In this document: positions 25,201-30,837 of the stretch, in pieces
How positions within the stretch are numbered: position 1 is the first letter of the stretch
Layout of the letters: every line of letters begins with the position of its first letter
Virus record (IMG/VR): IMGVR_UViG_3300044528_000009
Span: 1 to 30,837 of that record
Origin: a virus
Lineage: Duplodnaviria > Caudoviricetes
DNA: 30,837 bases
Reading direction: 5' to 3' (one strand)
Notes under the pieces: model-generated
Databases searched by the model: none
What the model was told of the DNA's origin: nothing
What the model saw: only the letters and a program-made list of their open reading frames with translations
Made by a program: the position numbers and the translations under genes

Positions 25201-27140
25201 TCCCATATCACGCGCACGATGCCGAAGATCGCGTCGCGGAACTCAGGCGACACGATCATCAACGTCGCGAACCCGGCGACGGCGGCGGCGATCCCGAGTG
25301 CCATCGGACCGCTCATCGTCATGCCGAGAATCTTCGTGCCTTCGGCGACACCGTTGAAGCCGGGCAGCACCGACAGCGCTTGTGACCCAAGGTTCTTCAT
25401 CTCGCCGCCGATGAGACCGACCGGCCCGGCGAGCCCCTTGAACATGCCGCCGATGACCGGGAGGTTCGACAGCATCGGCGTGATGCCGACCGCGGCTGCG
25501 CCACCGATCCCGGCGATGACGGGCGCAAGTTCCTTGATGCGCTCGACGAAGTTCTCGACGCCCATCTCCTTGATGGCACGCGTCCAGCGGTCGAACAAGC
25601 CGGTGACGACCGACATCGCTCCGGCCAGCTTCTCGCCGAGCGCGGTGGCGAGCGGAGCAACGGCGGGCTCGATGCCGCGCAGCAAGTCGGTGAGCTTGTT
25701 CACGAAGTCGACGGCTGCGCCGCCGCCACGCGGATCGATGAACGGCTGCACGATCGCGCCGCCGATGTCGCGCATCGCGCCCTTGATGCGATCGGTCGCG
25801 CCGACCCACGTCGTCTTCAAGTTCGCGGCCGCGCCGCCGAAGCGCATCTCCATGCCCTTGGCGAGCGCGTCGAGCGCCGTCGTCGCGTCGAAGCTGCCGG
25901 TCGAGATCTCTTCCTTGATCTGTGTCGCGGTCTTGCCCATCGCGAGACCGATCAACTCGGCCGCGTTGATGCCGCGTTGCGCGAACTGCATCAAGTCGAC
26001 GCCCGTTATCTTCCCGGCCGCTTGTATCTGCGACATGACGAGCGTGATCTCGTCGAGTGTCTGCGCACTCCCTCCGGTCGCGGCGATCGCGTCTTGGATC
26101 GAGCCGAGGTACGGGATGACCTTCTGCGCCTCGATGCCGAAGCCGAGCATGCGCTGCGTCGCTTCGATGAACGCTTGCCGCGGGAACGGCGACGTGCGCG
26201 CGAACTTCGTGATGTCGTCCATCATCTTCTGCGCGGCTTCGCCGCTGCCGAGGATGGTCTTGAACGCGGCGCGCGCCGTTTGATTGAGCGTGTTGTAACC
26301 GATGCCGGTCTTGATCGTGGAGATGCCGACCCCGGCCATCGCGCCGCCCGCGATGCCTGCGGTGATGCCGAGCGACTTCATCGACGACACGCCGACGCGA
26401 CCGATGCCTTGACTGATCGTGCTCGCCGCCCGGCCCGCGCCTTGCGTCACCACCTCGAACGCGCGCGACAGTTGCGCACTGATCGCGGGCCCGGCGTCGG
26501 CACCGACGCGTGTGAACGCCGACGAGATCGCACTCGCTGCTCGACCACCGGCCGACGTCACCGCCGCGAACGCTCGGCCGAGTCCGGTGACAACCGCGTT
26601 GCCTGCGCCGCCTAACCGGGCGAACGCACCGCCGATCGCCGAAGCGGCTCGGCCCCCGGCTGTCGTGACCGCGGAGAACGCGCGGCCGAGCCCGTTGACG
26701 ATCGGGTTGCCGCTCGCACCGAGCCGGGCGAACACCGACGAGATCGCGCTCGCCGCCCGCCCGCCTGCGCTCGCGACAGCAGAGAACGCGCGACCGAACG
26801 CAGTCGTGATCGGCGACGCCGCGGCACCGAGCTTCCCGAGTGCCGCGCCGATCGCCGACGCCGCTCGCCCACCCGCTGATTGCGCAGCAGCGAACGCCCT
26901 GCCGAGCGACTGCGTGATCGTGTTGCTCGCACGCTTCGCTTCGGCGTCGAATCCCGGAAGTTTTAGTTGCTGCGCGGTCGATCGGGAAAATGCTTGCGAT
27001 GTCGCCTTGCCGAGTTCTTCCCCGGCCTGCTTGCCGACGCCGCCCATCGTGCGTTGCATCTCGCGCCGAACGGCAGTTTGGAACCCGGCGAAGCTCGGCG
27101 AGATCTGAACGAACGCCTGCCCGATGAAGCCGTCAGCCAT
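22284..27140 (-). CDS. Tape measure protein with C-terminal peptidase-like and SLT domains
   Basis: 1618 aa, Ala/Gly-rich; tape-measure N-domain; NWVWVN repeats; SYH....ARD...HRDHLH; RESGGNPRAIN.WD.NA..G.PSKGLMQ. Confidence 0.95.
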   Translation of the reverse strand: MADGFIGQAFVQISPSFAGFQTAVRREMQRTMGGVGKQAGEELGKATSQAFSRSTAQQLKLPGFDAEAKRASNTITQSLGRAFAAAQSAGGRAASAIGAALGKLGAAASPITTAFGRAFSAVASAGGRAASAISSVFARLGASGNPIVNGLGRAFSAVTTAGGRAASAIGGAFARLGGAGNAVVTGLGRAFAAVTSAGGRAASAISSAFTRVGADAGPAISAQLSRAFEVVTQGAGRAASTISQGIGRVGVSSMKSLGITAGIAGGAMAGVGISTIKTGIGYNTLNQTARAAFKTILGSGEAAQKMMDDITKFARTSPFPRQAFIEATQRMLGFGIEAQKVIPYLGSIQDAIAATGGSAQTLDEITLVMSQIQAAGKITGVDLMQFAQRGINAAELIGLAMGKTATQIKEEISTGSFDATTALDALAKGMEMRFGGAAANLKTTWVGATDRIKGAMRDIGGAIVQPFIDPRGGGAAVDFVNKLTDLLRGIEPAVAPLATALGEKLAGAMSVVTGLFDRWTRAIKEMGVENFVERIKELAPVIAGIGGAAAVGITPMLSNLPVIGGMFKGLAGPVGLIGGEMKNLGSQALSVLPGFNGVAEGTKILGMTMSGPMALGIAAAVAGFATLMIVSPEFRDAIFGIVRVIWDGLQPAIDAIIRAFRDLGPPVMDVVKAIGSFLGGALEAMLPTLKEAADWLGQGLAIGIDLVSGALQIVLPMVETLLGWFENLLPVLGPITKAVLAGAAAWAVYKTTVGIVNIIKGIVTATKLLTSGQLAQAIATKIAAAAQWLWNAAMAANPIGLIVAAIALLIGGIILAYNKVGWFRAAIDWLWQAIQGVFYWIVDNWKLLAVILLAPIALPLAAALAIFFFFRDQVIGVWNAVYGAIKGAVDAIWGAILVAFNWIKNNWPLLAAIILAPFILPLAIALLAFTYFRNAIIAAWNAVGAAFNWVWVNVIKRVWDALSAAVNWVWNAVLLPTFRAYVAIWNWLGAAFNWVWVNIIQRAWYALRDAILWVWVNVILRTFNAYIAVWNALGAAFNWVWVNIIQRAWNALGAAVNWMWTVVIQPTWNRITSLWNALGTGINWVWVNVIQRAWGLMEDGLRALRSTFEWAVNAIGKVWDVLKKAVGTPIKIVIDKIINPLLDGINWLLDKVGIDKIPKIDSRSIPTFAQGGRVPGGWGGGDRVPALLEPGEWVLTKRQAAALGYGNLRSLPRYASGGLVDFTPSNIVGDIIDKGKSIAGGVWDFGKDVVNAATNMLRKVAADAFEKMANVTIRPLIDMIPGDAAWVQWMKKTAHWVIDLGIQLIRGKAEDDVPSFGMGIDEIVAQIIAQYPQLRVTSALRPGDTKSYHSKNLARDLAGPVPVMAEAGAWVQRTMAAALLEGIHNPTLSVKNGQIVPASLWGPATWAGHRDHLHLAAEAAAAGATVGGTLGEWVATAIRATGVNPAIWAAAISYQIQRESGGNPRAINNWDINAQNGVPSKGLMQVIDPTFAAYRHPQLSPNIWDPVSNIAAAIRYIMGRYGANPHSLGRWRPGGGYDAGGWLPTGASIAVNNTGRPEPVLTPRQWDDLSRAAQDGQNMASVVELLRRIAYATEQGTSVVIDGREVARVVDREIGWVS

Positions 27141-27528
27141 TGCGCTTCGCGATGCTCGCGAGTTGCCGGGCGAAGTCGCCCCAACTCTGCTTCTTCGGTT
27201 GCGGTTTCGCCTTCGACGTGCCCGGCCGGTACATCGGCGCCGGTCGTTCGAGTTGCTTCGCGCCGTTCGCCTTCGCGGTGAGCCATGTCAACTGTCGCAC
27301 TTCGTCGATCAACGACGCGAGCAGATAGTCGGTGACGGTCCACGAACCCGCATGATCTTGCTCGGGCCACTCCCCGGCCGGAAGCGCGCCCAAGCACAAC
27401 GCGACACGTCGCAGCGTGACGTCGGTGTCCATCACATCGAGCCCGTAGGCGCGAAGGAGTGCTAGCTCGACCTTGGGGTCAGCGCGCGCACGCGCGGCGG
27501 CGACGAGCCCTGACCCATCTCGAAACCC
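27133..27528 (-). CDS. Tail assembly chaperone, frameshifted extension (gpGT-like)
   Basis: Open -1 frame reached through G GGT TTC at 27522-27528; ends at the tape measure start. Confidence 0.75.
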   Translation of the reverse strand, partial: GFRDGSGLVAAARARADPKVELALLRAYGLDVMDTDVTLRRVALCLGALPAGEWPEQDHAGSWTVTDYLLASLIDEVRQLTWLTAKANGAKQLERPAPMYRPGTSKAKPQPKKQSWGDFARQLASIAKRNG

Positions 27529-27845
27529 GACCACTTCGCGACCGCCTCGAACAGTGCTTCGACTTCCCCGAAGCGCCAGTCATAGGAGTGGAAGAGCGCC
27601 CATTGTTCCGGCCCGAGCAGAATCTCGAACCCGCCAACGACATCGCCTTGCGCGAACTTGTCTTGCGCGTCGAGCGACCACTGTCGTTGCTCGGGAAACT
27701 CGATGACGTCGACGACGACGTTACCTGCTTCGTCTTCGTGTGCACCGAGCTTCACCGGGAACGTCTTGTGCGTTGCTTCCGCATGCGCGGCGCGGTACCC
27801 GGCGAGATCGAACCCGGCCGAGTCCGCGCCGTTCGTCGCGGTCAC
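27462..27845 (-). CDS. Tail assembly chaperone (gpG-like)
   Basis: Between major tail and tape measure; LLGPEQWA.F motif. Confidence 0.8.
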   Translation of the reverse strand: MTATNGADSAGFDLAGYRAAHAEATHKTFPVKLGAHEDEAGNVVVDVIEFPEQRQWSLDAQDKFAQGDVVGGFEILLGPEQWALFHSYDWRFGEVEALFEAVAKWSGFEMGQGSSPPRVRALTPRSS

Positions 27846-28490
27846 CTAGAACCCCGAGGGTGGCGCACCGCCGCTCGACGAACCACTGACGGCTGCCGCG
27901 CTGGCACCTTCGATGCCCGAACTTGGCACCTTGCCCTGGATCTCGACGAGGCGACCGGCGTCTTCGAGCGCGGCGAACGTGACGTCGAGCAGTGCCGCCG
28001 CGGAACGCTGGAACTGCAAGTCGCCTGCCGCGTTCAACTGGCAGCGCGGGAAGATGAAGCGCACTTCGTTGTCGCCGTCGCGCACGTCGATCGCGATCTG
28101 ATGACGCTGCCCGGCCTGGTCGGTACGAACCGGGAACGCGAACGTGCCGTCAGACTGCGCTTCGGGCATGTCGATGTCCCAATACAGCGCGAGGTTCTGC
28201 ACATTGAACTGCATGAGTTGTGCTTGGATCGTGACGGTACGGCCGGTGATGATCGAGCGCAGCACGCCGAGCGCCTGCCACGCGCGGATGTCTTCGCTGT
28301 CGGTCGAGCTTGCCATCGTCGGGCCGTCTTCGCTCGCGTACCCGAGCGACACCCAACCTTCGCCGAAGTCTTCATCGATGTCGGCGGGCATCGCCGCGTC
28401 GAGCGGTGCAATCCACAAGCCGGGGCCGCGTGCGGTACCGACAACGATCTGATCGGCATCGAGCCCTGGGGTTGGTTCAACTTGCGTCAT
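27846..28490 (-). CDS. Major tail protein
   Basis: W.SLGYASEDG......DSEDIRAWQ...LRS; typical actinophage major tail protein. Confidence 0.88.
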   Translation of the reverse strand: MTQVEPTPGLDADQIVVGTARGPGLWIAPLDAAMPADIDEDFGEGWVSLGYASEDGPTMASSTDSEDIRAWQALGVLRSIITGRTVTIQAQLMQFNVQNLALYWDIDMPEAQSDGTFAFPVRTDQAGQRHQIAIDVRDGDNEVRFIFPRCQLNAAGDLQFQRSAAALLDVTFAALEDAGRLVEIQGKVPSSGIEGASAAAVSGSSSGGAPPSGF

Positions 28491-28942
28491 TCGGATGCTC
28501 CTATCGCGTAGGTCATTTGCCGAACGGTGAGATCGGCCGTGCGTAGCGCGCGGTAGATCCCTTGTGCGGTGCTCTCGTCCTGGCCGACGGTGAGTCCTGC
28601 GGACTCATCGACGGCGCGCAACGAGAAGCGTGCGTCGCCGAAGGTGATCGTGTCGCCTTCGAGCGACTGCAAGTAGGCGAGCACGTCGCCCACGAGATTG
28701 ACGGCTTGCTGTCGATGCTTCGCCCACGCGTTGATGTCGATGCGCGGGTACTCGACGGCGCCGTGCGGCCACACCGAGATGCCGCCCGCGCGCACGAGCG
28801 AGACACTCGGGAGTCGATCGACGCCGGGGAAGGCAACATCGACTCTCACGTTCGTCCCTGCGAGCGCGCGTTGCAAGACCGAGCGCAGCGCCAACTCGAT
28901 GTCGAGCGGGGGGCGGATCGGGCTCTCGATGAAGTGAGTCAT
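28487..28942 (-). CDS. Tail terminator protein
   Basis: P.V.LVRAGG....PRIDINAWA....A; directly upstream of major tail. Confidence 0.75.
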   Translation of the reverse strand: MTHFIESPIRPPLDIELALRSVLQRALAGTNVRVDVAFPGVDRLPSVSLVRAGGISVWPHGAVEYPRIDINAWAKHRQQAVNLVGDVLAYLQSLEGDTITFGDARFSLRAVDESAGLTVGQDESTAQGIYRALRTADLTVRQMTYAIGASE

Positions 28943-28957
28943 GTTAGACGTCTATCA
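28942..28957. promoter_or_regulatory. 16-bp dispersed site, copy 11
   Basis: On the minus strand TGATAGACGTCTAACA(TG): contains the upstream stop and the A of the downstream ATG. Confidence 0.85.
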
Positions 28958-29293
28958 CGAACCGAAGCGGGACTTGCCCGCGAGCCGACGGTTCGCATCC
29001 TGCGCGCGCACCCAGTCGAGCGCGTGGCGCAACGGGCGCAAGCCGAACAACGACGTCGAGCCCATCCCCCACTCGGCCGCACGAGCACGCGGATGCAAGT
29101 GCCGGATCGTGACAGCACGACGACCGCGCCACCCGACGGCGGGCTCGACACGGATGTCGCCGAGCGCGTACTGCCGGGCGATCTTCGCGGCTTGATTGCC
29201 GACGCCGAGCATGAAGCGCTGCATCTCGGGCGACTGCCGAAGTTGATTGATCCCCGAATCGGGACCGACGTTCATGCGGTACTCGACGCTCAT
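28955..29293 (-). CDS. Neck/tail-completion protein (HK97 gp10-like)
   Basis: MSVEYRM...GINQLRQSPEM...AAEWG....RPLRHAL; ATGA overlap. Confidence 0.65.
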   Translation of the reverse strand: MSVEYRMNVGPDSGINQLRQSPEMQRFMLGVGNQAAKIARQYALGDIRVEPAVGWRGRRAVTIRHLHPRARAAEWGMGSTSLFGLRPLRHALDWVRAQDANRRLAGKSRFGS

Positions 29294-30837
29294 ATCGGGT
29301 AGCTCCCCGAGAACCGCACCCCGGTCATCGCACCGACCGCGGGCACCATCGGGTCGAGGATCATCACCGACCCCGACGAGAAGTTGACCGTCGCCGACAC
29401 GACAGCGCGCACCGTCGCGCTCATCGCCAGCATGTCGACGTAACGATGATTGCCCGGTCGCCACTCGGCGGGCAGCGTCATCAGCGTGAGCGACCCGCTC
29501 GCGAAGGCCAGGCTCGGCAATGTCAACGCGCCTTGCAGATAGACGAAGTTGCCGACGCGTGCGATCGACGGGGGCGGCGACCCGGCTGTGATGCCCGCGG
29601 CGGTGTAACCCGCGGTCACGACGTTCGTCCATACGAGCGGCCCAGCCAGCTGCGTCCATGCCGTCCACGTCGAGCCGACGAAGGCTCGCCAGAACAACAT
29701 CGGCGTCGGGCTGCCGCCCACCCAAAACTGCGAAGTGGGTTGCGTGGCCGCGCCATGCCACGTCGTCATCACGATGCCGTTCGCCGCGACCGGCGCGTTC
29801 AGCGTCGACGCGTTCGTCTGCCACGCTCCGTTGTGTGCGAGCAATGCGTTGCAGTCGGCGACGGGATAACGGTCGCCGAGCACACTGGTCCACGGTCGCC
29901 ACGCGCCGCCCGTACATGAGCGGATCCACAAGCGCGCCGGATCTCCCGCCGCGCCCGTGTTGCGCATCTGCCACACCTGCACGAGTTCGGTCGAACTCTG
30001 TGCCGCGACGGTGAGCGTGCCGGACACGGCGGGCGCGGTGGCTTGGCCGAGGAAGGGCGGGCCGTTCGTTGCGAACTCGTTGATCTGATAGAAGCCGCTC
30101 GCGGTGCACGCGTTGAAGTCGGTTGCGACCGTGGCGCTGACCGCCCCGAACGCGGGGTTGGCCCAGTCGATGACGCCCGCGGCGAAGCCGGTGCGCGTCA
30201 GTACCTGACCCATCGTTCCGCCCGTCGGCACGCCGGGGCCCGGCGGACCTTGCTCACCAGCGGGGATGCCGAACACGAACAGCTTCGCCGTGTCGGGGCC
30301 CGACGCCGTGACCGTGGGCGCGGAACCGGCGGCGAGCCCCGACGCGGTCGGTGTGCCGAACCCGGCGGCGGCGCCGGGCGGTCCCGCCACCGTCGAGTCC
30401 GCACCGGGCACTCCGGGCTCACCGGGCGGACCGCCGCCGCCGAGCATGTCGACGGTCATAAACGAGAGCGTCGAGCCGACCTGTAATGCGATCGCCGCTG
30501 ACGCCCATCCGAGCGCGCGCAGCTGATCACCGGCCGCGCACTCGACCGTGTCGATGTATTGCGCGGTCTGTGTCTGCGCGGCGTTGGCGGTGCCGAACCC
30601 GGACGTCGCGCGCCCGACGAGATTGTTGTTGCGAGACAGTCCCGCATTGACGAACTGCGCGCTTGACGCGGTGTTGGCGACGACTTGCACGCACACGCGA
30701 TACGTTCCGGCGCGCGGCACGGTGTATGCGGGCGCGGCCCATGTGCCGCCGCCGTTGTTCCACGACAGCGAGTCGAGCGCGAGCACGGTGTTCGCCGTCG
30801 TCGTCAAGTTCATCGCTGCGTTGCGGAACGCGCGGAA
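29290..30837 (-). CDS. Fibre-like virion protein (C1q-like, collagen, knob repeats), 5'-truncated
   Basis: Frame stays open to the window edge (FRAFRNAAMNL...); YTVPRAGTY; GPPGEPGVPG; two D.N.....G.Y/W...NAP...Q.W....W.R....W..WT repeats; RVGNFVYLQG...LPAEWRP. Confidence 0.75.
   Translation of the reverse strand, partial: FRAFRNAAMNLTTTANTVLALDSLSWNNGGGTWAAPAYTVPRAGTYRVCVQVVANTASSAQFVNAGLSRNNNLVGRATSGFGTANAAQTQTAQYIDTVECAAGDQLRALGWASAAIALQVGSTLSFMTVDMLGGGGPPGEPGVPGADSTVAGPPGAAAGFGTPTASGLAAGSAPTVTASGPDTAKLFVFGIPAGEQGPPGPGVPTGGTMGQVLTRTGFAAGVIDWANPAFGAVSATVATDFNACTASGFYQINEFATNGPPFLGQATAPAVSGTLTVAAQSSTELVQVWQMRNTGAAGDPARLWIRSCTGGAWRPWTSVLGDRYPVADCNALLAHNGAWQTNASTLNAPVAANGIVMTTWHGAATQPTSQFWVGGSPTPMLFWRAFVGSTWTAWTQLAGPLVWTNVVTAGYTAAGITAGSPPPSIARVGNFVYLQGALTLPSLAFASGSLTLMTLPAEWRPGNHRYVDMLAMSATVRAVVSATVNFSSGSVMILDPMVPAVGAMTGVRFSGSYPI

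Noticed and set aside
23232-26283. Long plus-strand ORFs (717 aa, 449 aa) and similar antisense ORFs such as 5557-7131 and 4129-5292
   Set aside because: Shadow ORFs opposite well-supported genes, expected in high-GC DNA.
813-28957. 16-bp motif as simply an AatII site (GACGTC), a recombinase crossover site or a transposon footprint
   Set aside because: Conservation extends to 14-16 bp. The centre is symmetric, so there is no directional spacer. No recombinase, transposase or target-site duplication was seen.
1-30837. tRNA genes, integrase/attP, DGR or reverse transcriptase
   Set aside because: None recognisable by eye. tRNAscan-SE and HMM searches were not run, and the rest of the genome lies outside the window.

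Overview
A 30.8-kb portion of a high-GC siphovirus genome, most likely infecting an actinobacterium. Evidence for the host: Rpf-like transglycosylase, actinophage-type SSB, tail and tape-measure proteins, and GAAAGGA ribosome-binding sites. Reading right to left on the minus strand: a 5'-truncated fibre gene (C1q-like, collagen, knob repeats), neck and tail genes, a tail assembly chaperone with a canonical -1 slippery site, tape measure, minor tail genes, lysis genes, a two-gene cassette of unknown function, then RusA, Cas4-like exonuclease, SSB and primase-helicase with an iteron-like cluster, and an Rpf-like lipoprotein. A plus-strand operon (3.0-9.5 kb) encodes a histone-tailed DNA-binding protein, a MoxR/CobS-like AAA+ ATPase, a HExxH-vWA partner and many small genes. 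A short leftward operon (RHH protein, DUF4258-like protein) and an HNH nuclease sit at the left end. No integrase or ParA is recognisable in the window. Two non-coding systems stand out. (1) Eleven genome-wide copies of a 16-bp quasi-palindrome TGTTAGACGTCTATCA, with an invariant 14-bp core and parS-like architecture, at gene junctions and inside two genes. (2) Four copies of an ~80-nt intergenic two-hairpin element with compensatory base changes that punctuates the plus-strand operon from stop codon to RBS. All protein calls come from motif recognition by eye, with no database searches.
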